Shown one piece after another: positions 24,984-39,800 of a stretch of 64,000 bases of DNA. Made by a program: the position numbers and the translations under genes. Position 1 is the stretch's first letter, and every line of letters starts with the position of its first letter. The stretch covers positions 6,138,001 through 6,202,000 of the forward strand of contig OZ176053.1 in NCBI GenBank assembly GCA_964247055.1, read 5' to 3'. The notes beneath the pieces were generated by a model, which worked only from the letters and a program-made list of their open reading frames with translations, did not search any database and had not been told where the DNA came from. Origin of the DNA: Paragordius varius (taxonomy: Eukaryota; Animalia; Nematomorpha).

Positions 24984-26615
24984 TCTATATATTTATAAAA
25001 ATGGAAAATGCTGGCTTTGTGATCTGGTACAGGAAAATCGGTAAACCCATTCAAATCCAAACATCGAAAAAATATAATCATTAATGAATGCCCCGACAAT
25101 AGCTTCGCCCTTTTTTTGAAATAGGCCCCCAGTTCGGGCCCACCCCGTGTGAAAAACGGTTTTTTTTTTGAAAATAGAAGTCCACAAAAATCGTGTCTTT
25201 GAGACAATTTTCCGGAGAACGTGTTGGTCCATTCTATTTCAAATATGATTTTTATTTAGTTATTTTCGATTGCGCCAAACATAGTCGAGTCACTTTTTTG
25301 ATTTAGGCCCTCTTTTTACCCGCTCCCCCCGTAAAATGCCACCTTTTTCAAAAAACAAAGTCCACAAAAATATTTTTTTTAATTCTCTTTTTCGACCAAG
25401 ACATGAGACCATAAAAATTCATTATGGATTCCACGTATTCCCTGTTAAAAGGCAAAAATTTTAGCCAAGCGTTTCTTTGTTGATAGCTGCTGGGTAAGGA
25501 GCTACCCGCGAAAAACTGATTTCTCATGTAACTTTGTAATCTGTTTACCGGAAAACCGGTGAACCCATTCAAATCCAAATATCGAAAAAATATAATCATT
25601 AATGAATGCCCCGACAATAGCTTCGCCCTTTTTTGGAATTAGGTCCCCAGTTCGGGTCCACCCCGTGTGAAAAATGGATTAAGTCAATTTTTTGGAGAAC
25701 GTGTTGGACCATTCAATTTCAAATATGATTTTTGTTTACTTATTTTTGATCGCGATGAACATAGTCGACTCACTTTTTTGATTTAGGCCCTCTTTTTACC
25801 CGCTACCCCCGTAAAATGCCATTTTTTTCAAAAAAAACAAAGTCCACAAAAATAATTTTTTGATTTTATTTTTTTGCCCACGGTATGAGACTGTAAAAAT
25901 TCGAGAAAGATTCTTCGTATTCCCTGTGAAAAGGCAAAAATTTTAGTCAAGCGTTTCTTTGATGATAGCTGCTGAGTAAGGAGTATTTATCATATGTATA
26001 GGATGTTAAAAGATATATGGATATTAATACATTATATTTGGTAATCTATATATTTATAAAAATGGAAAATGCTGGCTTTGTGATCTGGTACAGGAAAATC
26101 GGTAAACCCATTTAAATCCAAACATCGAAAAAATATAATCATTAATGAATGCCCCGACAATAGCTTCGCCCCTTTTTTGAAATAGGTCCCCAGTTCGGGT
26201 CCACCCCGTGTGAAAAATGGGTTAAGTCAATTTTTTGGAGAACGTGTTGGACCATTCAATTTCAAATATGATTTTTGTTTACTTATTTTTGATCACGATG
26301 AACATAGTCGACTCACTTTTTTGATTTAGGCCCTCTTTTTACCCGCTACCCCCGTAAAATGCCATTTTTTTTCAAAAAAAAAACAAAGTCCACAAAAATA
26401 ATTTTTTGATTTTATTTTTCCCCCAAGTAAACAATAAATTAGTATGAATGCACCGTTTTAAGATTCCTATGAGATCATAGCTATTAAATAATTTTTCGAA
26501 ATAATCCACATATGTAGATCATTTTATTGTCCCTTTTTTCAAATAACCCCCCCCCCCCCCTCCAGAAGTCCGAAGGACTTCCTCGGGCTGCGTAGCAGCA
26601 CGAGATTTACGCTAG
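24984..26615 (+). mobile_element. Composite non-autonomous Helitron (copy A)
   Basis: Starts A|TCTATATATTTATAAAAATGG at 24984, with a second identical start at 26045. Ends with hairpins GAAGTCC-GAA-GGACTTC and CTCG(G)GCTGC-GTA-GCAGC(A)CGAG followed by CTAG|T at 26612-26616. There is no TSD, and the core unit occurs three times internally. Confidence 0.85.
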
Positions 26616-26699
26616 TAATCTTATATATATCTATTCAATTAAATAACATCAAAACAGGAATAAATCTATTTTCCAAAAAATAAATGGCTAAACACTGTT

Positions 26700-27230
26700 A
26701 AGATTCGAATTGGGATTATAAACCCAAACTATATTCAAGTTGATATTTACAAAAAACTACTGAAAGAAACGGTCCCAATTTAAATTTATGCTTCCATCCT
26801 AAGAAAATTATATAAATTGGCCTAAACATAAAAAAGGTCCATATCAAACTACTTTGACCCTTTATTTTACAACATATTTGCAACGTGTTTATTAGATTTT
26901 AAAGCTAAAAAAGGCTAATTTTTTACTTGAATCACATCTCACATTGATATAAACAGAAGAAGTGGGGTATACTGCATTATTTATATATTTAACTAACGCA
27001 CACATGTCATGTTGACTAATTTTTACCTTGACGATTATTCATAAAAGAAATAATATCAAGTTTTTTTTAAAATCTTTTATATAATTCGGTACATCAATGT
27101 TATATATGCAAATTTTAGAATTGTTTTTAATTTGTTCCATATATTTAGAATTTGATTTTAACCAGGCCTGGGGTCCCCCCAATTTTGATCGGAGGACTGA
27201 AATGAATGTGTTGTATCCAAAAGTTAAAAA
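26700..27230 (+). repeat. Unclassified dispersed repeat (family B), copy 1
   Basis: Shares CTACTGAAAGAAACGGTC.CAATTTAAATTTATGCTTC, AACAGAA.AA, CACACATGTCATG and GGACTGAAATGAATGTGTTGTATCCAA with 56325-56870 and, in part, 63085-64000. Confidence 0.75.
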
Positions 27231-27811
27231 TATAAATAACTACAAATGTAATAGATTTTAAAATATGTTTACGACACATTTTAAATGGATGAAAAGAGAT
27301 ATGCGGTCGTTATTTTATTAATTGGGTCTTAAAGAAAAACTTAGCTAAATTACACTTGACCACCAATTAATGGATTATACTCAATCCAGTAAGTAATACC
27401 TTTTTAACACATTTTTACGAAACAACCGTAATACAATGTAACTAAAAATGGTTTAATCCAATTTTGATTTATTTTCATATTTGTTTGTCTAAAAATATCA
27501 AAATAGAGTGTAGAGAATAGTTACATGTATAAATGACACAATGCATTTATGTATGTTAAACATAAAAAATTTAATTAGCGAAAATTCCATTTAGGAGATA
27601 TATTTAAACATATATTCTACATAAAATATGTTTGTTTACATTCCAAATAATTTCATAATCAAAAAGGTTAAAAATAATATTTGTCATAAATATTATTTTA
27701 GTATAAGAGAGTAAATAGAATGACATACCAATGTCTATTACATAATAATGAATTTGAATAAAAAACATCAATATTTTTATACAATATTTCAAAGAGTAGA
27801 ATAAACAGTTT

Positions 27812-30800
27812 TCATATAGATGATGCTGGTGTGTTATTGGTGAGACATGGATTTAAATTAGATTCCAACGTTTCCCTCACAATGAATATGCGATTAAACA
27901 TTTGGGCCATAACATTGTCGGGCAAAGTTTGTAATTTAAACCAACATTCATCATTGGGGTTACATTCCAGCCGCGGGACCAAATAAAACGTTTCGGTTTG
28001 AATTTTGGATTCGGGTGGACTAATAAAATATGTATATTTTAAATTGTGAAGAATATGTGCAGTAAAGATGAAAGATACAAAAAAGAAAAAAATATTTTTT
28101 ATACAAAACCATTTTTAGCCTTTTTAAATGTCTTTCGCTTTGGGTACGAAGAGGGAATAAAGATGTAATTTGAAAACACAGCCAATTTTATTTTTCACTA
28201 TTGAATCAGATAGGTTTTATGGGAAAAATCAGGATTAATAATATGGGTGTCTTAATTAAAAGAAAAACCTATACTTTTTATGTTTTCTATTTCTAGGTTT
28301 GACCGTAAAAAATAAATCTTAAAAAGCCCTGACATAGATGGAAATATATTTTATAATAAATTAATTAGAGTAAATGTGAAAACATTTTTGTTATTGTCAT
28401 TAACTTCGTTATATTTATACCATTTTGATAGGTAAAAGTCAAATAGACGCACTGGACACCTCATAGGATCGTTCGTATTTTCTGCTTGTTCAAACATTAC
28501 AACATTTTCCGTGGTGGCTAAATTATACATAAAATATATTAATAAGAACAATTACTTTATTAAAATGACAAAACAAGATTTTTTAATTTATTACAACAGC
28601 GATCAATGGATTATTATCCCTTAAAAAATAAGTCTTGGGTTAGGTAATCCAAAAAGTATAAAATCTTATATAAACGAGCTTTTATAAAAAAAATTGTGAT
28701 AATATTCCACAATTATATTATTAAATTATTTTTTTGAAATCAAAACAGATATAACAAATATATTTTTTGAAATCAATCAAAACAATTAAAATTTGTTAAA
28801 AATTTTCTTACATTCAGAAATGGGAACACCTTTGGGATAGTAACGTAAAACAGTTTTTTCGCTTGTTTCTTGATTGTTCTTCATTACAATATAGGATTGA
28901 TATATTATGTGTATTAGAACATATAAAAAATTTTTTTAGATAAATTATTATATATGTATAAAATTTAAAACTTGAAAACAAAAAACTAACCAATTTAACA
29001 CGTTTGGTACATCTAACAATATGATCAAATCTGATGGCAAGATGCGCTTCTAATGTTGTCAAATGAAAGAATTTTGTATTGTAATACATGATGGTATTTA
29101 ACAGAACATGTGGACTATGAACACCTAATTGATGAGCATCCCACAATATTTCTTCGTCAACTCTCGATAAAATGAGTCCTAACAAAATCCATAATTATAT
29201 ATAATATTTAAAGTAAAATCAACAAATTTATGATTCGTTCCTGAATATGGCTCTTTAATTATTTGGACATTCGTTACAAATACCGAGATATTAAGATTAA
29301 ATTTGGTCTAATTTCATCTTAAGTGCGTTTTTAATATAATTAGTAAAAATATTATAATTTTTACCCTATAAATTTTATTTCTAAATCATAAAATGAAAAC
29401 AATCAACCTTCTGGTGTAAACTGTGGAACGAATGATAATAGGACATCGTTTATGGTGGTAGTAAAAGTGGGATATTGGAGATCAATAAATAAATTTTCCG
29501 TCAAACCATTCCGATACAAATACAATTGAATTGCTAATATCAAATACTTTATGTTAATGGGAATCGAATATATTTTGGGAATGCATACAATTATAAAAAT
29601 CAAATTTATGGTTTAAACAAAAAATATTGTCATTTTTAAAGAGGCAATCATATTTATGATCTTCATATTTTATTATTTGTATAGAGTTTCGAAGGGCGTT
29701 TGCATTTCACAAGCGTAATTAGGCAAAATACATAAATGCGAAAATCAAGAGAATATCCGTATTTCAAATTTTTTGGATAATAACCTTAATTTTTTTTAAA
29801 AAGGTAGAATGTATACCCAAACAAAAATAGTAAACAGTATCAGCGGTATATTTTGTCCCATCAGGTTTGCGAATTTGCGTAGCAAATAATGTCATTGTAT
29901 TAGCTAAATCCTCCGTAGTGTACTGTAATGGATCATCTTTCAATAGTGTAATATTTTGGTCACCCCTTTAAACAAAAAAATAAATTTTTTAACTTAAGAA
30001 CTTAGATAATCTAGTTGTGACCAAGAAGAATTAACATAATTTAAGCTCTTCTATACTTTGAAATATAAAATTTTCATATGATGTAAAAAGGATATATATA
30101 TCTATATATATATATATAGATATATCAAATTTAAGGTTAAGGTAAATTTTAACACTTTTTTATATGCTAAAATAAAAAAGAGTATTTTGACACATTATAC
30201 AATAGTTTGTGTATTTTTTTAAAAAAAACTTTACAAAAAAAGTTAAAACCATAGAGATGTTAATTTATTAGGTATTTAGCCAATTACAAGAAAAATAGCA
30301 TCATACCCTTGTAATAGGACAGAATTATAGGTCGCTACCCAAAATTTGAAGGCCCCAACACCAAATGCCGGTTCAAGATGCGTAACTTTTTTATCCAATT
30401 TATTGGTTGAAAGGATATTTTTGTCTGTTTCAGTAGAGCCAAAAGCTTTTGTATTAGAGATTTTAATAGCTTGATTAATATCATCTCCATTTAAGGTGTT
30501 GTTTACAACGACGTTATTAAGGGCATAAGGTGGAGAAAAATCAATATTCATCCATTCATTGAGATTATTTTGTATGTTTTTCGCTACTACGAGCATATCG
30601 CTTTGAACTGCTTGAGTCGTGCTAAAATTTTAAATCGATATTTATAATTACCATTCGTATAAGAAATAGTTAAAAAATCATAAGAAATAAAACTATTCTT
30701 TATTGGCAAAAACTATAAACGGGGACCTTTTAATTAAACAGTTACAGCAAAACAGTCCGGCAAAATTTTTTAAAAATAGTGTTATTTCCATTTTTTAGGG

Positions 30801-33800
30801 GTCAAATGTATATTTTGGTTCGATATCATAGGTTTAAAAAGAGTCTTTTAATGCATATGATACAAAAATAAAAACATTTAAACTACGAAATTTTATTGTA
30901 TGCCAAAAACATTGAGAATATAATTTGTATATAAAAGACAATATAAAAAAGATTAGCGATCTATTACAACAAAAATCATTTTTTTGCAAAAATCCGATTT
31001 CAATCCAAATACCTTTGACATCGCTTAATTTATTTATATTATTCACTGTATCGTCAAAAAAAAGTAATGTATACCCCAATTGAGATGTATGAGTAAAATT
31101 GTGGACTGTAGTATTTGTGAGATTTGAAAAAATTCCCTGATTAGCGTTGTGGGATGACAAAGTGGTGTCATGAGAGGTGGTTTTGTTATACAAATTGTTC
31201 GTAAGATGATTTGATACATTTCCGTTTGTAACACTCAAGATGTCGTTTTTTACACTATTCACATTATTCATTTCGGTAGCTCTTTAATTATCATATTACA
31301 AAATAAATTGTCATGTATTTTTTTGTGCTAAAATTTATTTATAGATAAAAAGAAAAAAAAGTAATACCCTAATCCGTGAGTGCTCATAATATTGGTTGAG
31401 TTATTATAATTATTTAAAGCATTATTTTTGTAATTGGGGTTGATATTCTCAGAGACAGAACTGGATATATTTTTTGTCTGGATCATATCGTTCCCTGAAT
31501 TAAATCACAAAAAATGATATAAAATATGATGAGCAAATATAGCAAATTGTTAAAAAAATTAAACAAATACAAAGAAAATTATACCAATGTTCTGATTGAC
31601 TTGGGTTTCTGCAGTAAGCTGTTGATTTGCTTGAAGTAACTGTAATTGTTGAACAATATTTGCATCAATAGGAGTTAAAGTGCCCGAACTATCAAGTGTC
31701 GCATACCCAATGCTGCCATCCACTGTCATTAAAATTTGGATATGTTAAAAATAAAAAATTGATTTTCTTAAAGTATAAAACATACAAGTATTAATAAAAA
31801 AAACTAAATAAAATACATAAAATATGATGCTAATTGGCATTTTAACCCATAAAAATATATTTAAAGCGGTTTGATAGAATATCATGAATGGGAATCATTG
31901 TTTTTATCATTCAATATCGGCTTAAAAACACAAACCGTATGATACTTTTTAAAAGTTATACAATAAATCTTAAATAAAACAGTTAATTAATATTCATCAC
32001 AAATATTTATATCATACGCTATTGTATTACCGATTGGCCAACAATAAGGTGAATTGATTAACATTAATGTGCATACAGTATTATAGGTGTGAAAAAACCT
32101 ACTTACTTCTTGACTCAAATTTAATATATATTATTCGTAAAAAAAACAATAAATAAATACCATTTTGATAAGGTATGGCAGTTATTTCCGTACCAGGGGT
32201 ATATCCAGGAATACCCAACAACGCTGGATCAAATTGAATGGCCATTTGCAAGAGATCGCCAGTAGAGTTTGCGATAATGCTATTATTATCAACTACATTG
32301 TTAGACTGAGAAGAAAGTGTAGTGGTGGCCATATCTGTTTTAGCATTGTTTTTTGATGTAGTAAGAGTGTTGTTGTTTATGGTAGTATAAGGATTGTAAT
32401 TTTCAATCAAACTTTGAATGCTGGTCATGGTACTGCTGCTGTTGCTTGAATTTGTAATATTTGCGTTTGAGGAGCTATATTATATATGTTTGGAAATAAA
32501 TAATTTCATTCGCTTAGACCTTATTTTATTAAATTTATGAATCATCAAACAATTATTAATAATGATAGTGCTTGAGATTCAATGAAATTTTATGATAAAT
32601 AACAATTAATGATTTGTTGCCAAAAAATATTTTTGCACTTTTGTTTAATAACAAAACTATAATCCTCATAATCTTAAAATTAACCAATTTATTAGTGTAA
32701 AACGTAGAATAAACAATCAAAAATTATAGAGGATAAAAATAATCTTGCCTACAAAAAATTTGGATTAATTACCCAGCAATGCTTTTGATTGCTTTAAGCC
32801 TGGGTGTTTCATCTTGTGGTAAAGTTATGTTTGGATTTATACGCTCATTTTCCTCAACCATATCTGCCATAGTAAGCAGTTCAGCTTGCAAGGGATCGGA
32901 AGGCAATTTGTCCTTAAAATAAAAAAAATATATTATAAAAATTTACATATTTTCTATTTTTTTGCGATTAAATTAAGGTAACTATATCATTTTGGAATAA
33001 ATCTTCTTGTAGATTAATTAGTAAAGATTACAGCTATAACCATAAATTAATTATCTTTGATGCATTATTAAATATATAAGCATAATCAGGGATCTTACAA
33101 TTTCCATTGTACGAAAATTACATGATTTTACACATTTATATATAATTGCCATTTCTAACATTCCTAATTTATAGGGTTATTATTAAATATTTAAATATAT
33201 ATCCAATTGTACCTTTAACCTAATTCATTATAAACCAAAAAACATATCATTTTTCTTTACCTAAAATAATATATATTGGTATTAGATAAAATTAATATTA
33301 TCAAATTGCTTAATTAGAATCTCACCGAATATAACTCACGAATAAAATTCCTAATATATTAATATATATATCGTGTCTTCCGGGATAAAACCATACAATC
33401 ACAATCATTTGATCATATTAAAACCATACTATTAGTATATTACGTATAAAATTTCTTACTAAAACAATAAATATTATTTTGAATGAAAAAAAACCATTCA
33501 AAAAAACCTTGATTCCCTTAATGTATGAGGCTATATCATCAGCTTGTTTAATGGTTGTTGGTATGAAAGTTGGAACGACAATGGGAACAGGCAAAGCTAA
33601 GGGGATAGGTGTGTATGAAGTGTACCCATGAACCGGATATGGAATATAGAAAGGAACCGGAATAGGGATTATAATAGGATGTGATGTATTCAATGATTTT
33701 TGGTTTAGTTGTTTATCGTTTTTACCATGTTCTGACACATTTTTTCCATCAAACAAATCATAATTTTGTTGTTGTATATCTATATCATCATCATCATCAC

Positions 33801-36800
33801 CGAATTCTGAATGTGGTTAAAAAAAGTGAGTGTAATAAAATGTAATACAGCCAAATTTAAATTGTTATTAAAAAATCTGTACGCATGATAAAAACTATAC
33901 AGTATTATAAAGAAACGTAGAGTAGGGTATTGTTGACACAGTAAAAATTATAATTATAAAGACAAAACGTAGGAACATTTAACTAAATTTTTTGTAAAGG
34001 AAATACGTTTACAGTTTACACACTTGAACAATTCAAATTCACCCTAAAATAAATTACATGTTTTTTAAATTAAAAATTATCTATATTTTTTATATTTTTA
34101 TAAAATGAAAATTTCTTTTTAAATTGATATACTGCTGAAAAATAATAAAATATGCCATATGAATATACTTGTTTTTATAATTATGTTAGGGAAAAACATA
34201 ATTTATTTTTAGGGTGAATTTGAATTGTTCAAGGGTAAATTTGAATTGTAAATGGTACATTATTAAACCGTCATTTTGTTTAAAAAACCTATATGATTAC
34301 GATTGTTAATCATAAAACTAGGTGAGCTATTAATTAACATATTTATCGCCCAATTCGCTATCCAAAACAAGGAGACACGAGATTTATGAAAAATATAGTC
34401 TTTTGTTTTGTTTTTTATAATTTATACTCTAATAAATTTGAATTAATAGCATATTTTTATAAAATATATACGCATGATGAATGAAAACTTTAAAAAGGGA
34501 ATATATGGCGAATTGTGTAAATAAAGAATTGAAAGTGATAAATTTTATGCCGTATAATCTTAAATGACTAATGACTTTATACATAAAAATTACTAAATAG
34601 GTATCTCTTGTGCCTTATTCCCATTATTAAATTCAACTGTTCTAATTGCAATAGAATAAAAAATGTTGAACATACCTGCTTGAGACGATTTGTTGTCTTG
34701 AGAGCCAAAATGCGATGATTTGTGCATTGGTTTTTGGGAGCGTGAAATGCTATGATAACTTGTTTCAACCTATAAACCAATAAACATAATAATAAATAAA
34801 ATTTTAGATCTCTTTAATATATTCTTCTTTTAAAAGTTTTTTGACAAAAAATAATTTCCTTTTGCATTATTTTATTATCTTTACTAATGATGATTAAAAT
34901 GTATTACAGTATCTCAACAACATAAAGATAATAAATTAACCTTTTCCGTATTCGTTCCAGTGGATCTGACTAAAGGTCTGACTGAAGTTGATTTGTTCTT
35001 GACATCAATGGGTGGGATAGGCCAGCTTTTGGAAGCTAAAAAATAAAAATGGGCGCTTTAAACCAATAAATACCCGTATAATTAATATTTTTTGCTAAAA
35101 TTATTTAATAAAAAAAATGTATTGTTGGAACCCTAAAAATGTAATTTAAATTTGAAAGAGAAAAAAATTTAGATGCGTCATAAATACCGTATAACAACGT
35201 TCATATTAAGAATCAACCCAATCGAAAACTATTGAATTTTGATTTATATTATCTATTTATACATCTTTCGCATATCCAAAAAAAGTAAAAACTATAAAAT
35301 TATAAATAAAAATTATACCATCGGTTTGTGAAGACGTTTCATTTTTTACCGAAACGGAATTTTTAGAGTGGCTATGCATGCTTGATGTTTCATCCTTTAA
35401 GTTATTGTTGGGAAGTGCCAGTCCAGTTTTTCTTAACAGCTCCAACAGTATATTAAAAGCCGGATCCGGTGGATTTGATGATGAATAACCATCATATTTA
35501 TCAACTTTATTAGGGAACAAAAAAAGAAAAATATAAATAATGTTAAAATTTATACTAAAAACGCATAATAAAAATTAATTTTGAGTAATATTATTCTAGA
35601 AGATATATCTAATACCAGGTCATTCAATTAAAATAACCAATACAATAACAGGATTATTGTTTTCTGCATTGATAATATCCTAAAAAAAATTATGTGGTTT
35701 TTAAGTTTAAAAATTACCTATATTTATTTGTATTTTTAAAAAATGAAATTTCGTTTAATTATATAATATTGAAAAAATAAACTCATAAGAATATATTTCA
35801 TAATAATGATGAGTTATATTAACCCGAAAACATATAATTTATTTTTAGGGATTTGAATTGTAAATGGTATATATATGTATTTCACTTAAAAAACCTGTTA
35901 AATAAAAAGCCTTGATTAAAAAAATATATAAATGTAAATTTTTTACCAGATTTTTTATTTGAAACAGTTTTTTGGGGTGACGATGATATTTTAATCATGT
36001 AGGGACCATCTTGAGTAAATGTTGAACGTTCACTATCAGTTTTAACTGGTTCCTCTTTTGAATGATTTAGTGTCGTAGACGGGGTCGAACCTCCTTTCGA
36101 TCTTAAATTGGTTGTTTTAGATTCCGAAATTTCATTTTTATGAGATATTTCACCACTATCTATTGATGAAGGTGTATTTTGACGTTTTGGCCTAAATTAA
36201 TACAATAAATTATTAAACTATTAATCGAAGTAGATATCAAAATTTAAAAAAAATAGGCAGGAAAAACCAGGATTCCGTCCCTCAAAAAACGGGTATAAAA
36301 ATTGAGTTTTACATATTGTACATCATAAAATTTCTTTCTTAATTTTTAATTTCTTGTAAATAGTAAAAGATTTTTTCCATTTTTACCAGAGAAAACAATA
36401 ATTTTTCTCGTTTAATAAATTTTGATACTTTGTTAACATAATTAAGCTATTTTTATATTTAATTAAAAGGGAAACAAATGTATTAAAACCATTTGTCCTT
36501 ACTGGCATCAATTTAAAAAAACCACTTCAACAGAAACCGTTTTTAAAATAAAATCATTTTTTGTGCATAACAAAAAATAACTTTAAACCGGGAAAAAATG
36601 ATAAAAAAAATGTAGATAATAAATGTTTACGCATCTTTCAACCTAACAGGACGGCCTCGACTGCGACGTCCATATATTGGACTCCCTCGCCCATAATGAG
36701 CTGTGTTGCGTATGCGTTGATTCTGATCTGAGGGAAAAAAATAAATTATTTTAACCTTACGAAACGCTTGAATACAACATTGTTTTATAATGTAAAATGT

Positions 36801-39800
36801 CAAAACACTATTAGTATCTTTTTCTTTTTCGGCGCAAAAATTAGTTGTGTAATCTTACTTAAATTAGAAATAAATGATGAACGACATAAATTATATATAA
36901 AATTAAACTCTCCCAATCTCAAAATTATTATCTATAATTAAGTGGATTTTTAACATATTCTGCATTTGAAATATATTACTTATTCAGCAAAAATGCGGAC
37001 ATCTAAAATAAACACATATTTAATCTATGTTTTTTTCATCTAATACATAGTATAGTAACTTTAAAAATTTGAATAATTTTATTCATAAAAATTATAATAT
37101 TTCACCAAATTATAGATTTATAACAATATTTAATCATATTTGCTCTCCCAAATACAAAAATTATTTCATCTTAAAAAGTAACTTTTATTTGATAAGGTAG
37201 GACGTGTTGTTCCCACGATACTATCATTGCTTAAAGGTATTTTACCATCATTAATGATAGGTTTATCATTGATTTCCAATTTTTTAGTGCTAAAGTTATT
37301 GGTATTCATGAGGGGGAGTTTAATATCAGGGGCCGCTCTTATTCTTGCCATGGCTAAACAAGGAAATGAACAAAATTCCTGTCTTTTAGCATCTCCCTCA
37401 ACAACATTATTATCCGATGTGGCTGGGGGAAATGTAAATTGAGACATACCGCGTACTTTGGTAAAAGTCTATGTACAAAGAAATATAGTTTTTGATTTCA
37501 GACAAAATATATTTATTATTAATTTCATAAAAATTAAATTACAATTATTGCTCTTTTGTCAGTAATAAAATTTTAAACTAATACTTATTGCCTAAAAACT
37601 GGGCAAATTACATCATAAAATATTGGTAAAAATAGTTTAATCAATTTTGATAAATGTATAATATGTTATTATGATTGGATCATAATTATAAATAAAATAA
37701 AACCTTTTGACAACCATCACAAACGCCAGTTGTGTTAGAAACATTTAAAGATTCTGAAGCGTTATCATTAATAACGTTTTTTAAATTATTATTTTTGTCT
37801 TTATTAACTTCGGATTTCAAATCGGTATTTAGTGATGAGTCATTATTGGATAGTTGTAAGTGCGAAGAATCCTTATGTATTAATGATAAACATTTTTGGG
37901 AACAAAAATACAGAGTTTCATAATTTTCTGATGATGCCATACCACCCTTATCTAAATTAGTAAAATATTAAATATAATAAAATTTAATCATAAAAAATAT
38001 AATATTGTCATGTAATATAATATCCATAAATTGCATTATAAATTTGAACAATGACTGCTTATAAAAGACAAAAACTTTTAAATATAATTTGTATAAAAAT
38101 GAAGGTGTAAAATTAATTTAATGTATAATATTTATATTATAATCAAGTTAACAATCTCTTATTGTTTGATTTATTTTGTTTTGTACAATTATTTAAAATA
38201 TTTTTCCTTAATTATATTTATGACCGCTTGTGATTGTAAAGGAATGCACTCATAGGCTTTCCATTTCGTTGATATCTTTAAGTTCAAAAACCGACCCTAT
38301 TTATATATATAAGCAAAAAATTTAAATTTATATAAATATGGTTTATAAAACCTGTCATGGCTTTATAAGTTAACATTTCTTGCATGGAATGTATAGCATT
38401 ACATGAATGACACTTTTTGGATTTTTGATTATCCAGGATCTTGTCTAATTTGCTTTCGGGTTCTATTATTGGTTTAACATTATAAATACCATTAAAATAA
38501 CTATTAGATCTAACTGCAAAAATTTAAGGATATAATAAAATTCAGTCCCTATAATAAAAAATATTGAGTTGGTTATATTACCAATCTGATGATTGGTATT
38601 GGAAATATTTTTATCCGTTGTTGGTGATAATAAGTTTCCTTCTTTTTTCCATTGATTAGCACAAATTGGTCCACAAAAAAATAGGGTTTGTCCTTCAACT
38701 GTAAGTGCCGTCATAGAGGTTAAACCTTCCATTGAACGGGCGCAGTATTCACAAAGTTGGGATGTTGTCGTTAATGTGGCCGGACCATTCATCATTTTTG
38801 AATCCATTAAATTTTTGTTTAGGGACATGTGGTTTTTTTGATTCAAATAATTATTATTTTCTGTTGGATGATTTGAAGTATTCTTCAGTATAATTTATGA
38901 TAATATATAATTAGCAAAATATATAAAAAATAGGGTGTTTCATGTATTATAATAAAGTTACTATATTAACTAATCAACCAAATTACCAATATATTTTATG
39001 TAAAGTGTTTATATCTATAAAAGCAACAACATTAAAAACATAAATTATTTGACCATTTACTTCATTTAAAACAAAAAACTTAGAATTTCTTACCTCACTT
39101 GTGGAGGAATCGGAAATTTTTGAATGATCATTATGGTTGCTTACGTAAGATTTTTCCGTTGTTTCATCATTACAATTGTATGCGTGGTGGGGTGGTATTT
39201 GAGTTTTAACCAAAAATTGGGTTATACATTGTGTGCTACAAACATTTACTAAACCAGGATCATTGCTATCATCCGTGCCCTGCTTAATAAAATGTTGAAT
39301 AATGGGTTGATTTTCTTTTTCACAAACGAAACACTTCCCACGCTCCAAATAACCCTGAGTAAATTGGGATTGTTGATTTTTCAATCGCGTTTGGTATGTA
39401 TCAACACAATCTAAATCATAATAGGATGAATGATTTTTTGTACAAATAAAGAGTCCGTTAAAACAATTATTTTGCACATTATCATAAACTTTTCAGATTT
39501 TTAACTAAAAGTGCAATTTTTATGATATATCCGCTAAAAACTTGATGTATTTTGCCACAAACATAAACAATTTTTGGGTATTTTTGAGCTATTGTAATGA
39601 ATAAAAATTATGAAAAGATATATTTTTATAAAAAAATATAAATAGAATGAAAAATAAATGGTAATGAATAAAAAGAATAATGCTGATATATTTTAACACA
39701 ATTAGTATCATTGTTATGGGAATTAACTTATCTCATAAATAGAGTAAATTAAATATACGGACAAAAACTAAAAAATAAAGAATATTCTTTTCTATAAGAT

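Noticed and set aside
24968-25617. Short ORFs in the Helitron copies (also 57248-57746 and 58636-58872) that resemble each other
   Set aside because: The similarity comes from the repeated DNA. There are no Rep or helicase motifs, and the frames are not preserved between copies.
24984-26615. Repeated units considered as a possible CRISPR-like array
   Set aside because: The units are several hundred bp, degenerate and lack unique spacers. The context is eukaryotic, with no cas genes.
38229-38296. Candidate extra ZMYM exon following an AG
   Set aside because: In the required phase it contains a stop codon, and the flanking exons (ending about 38352 and starting 37951) join in frame without it.
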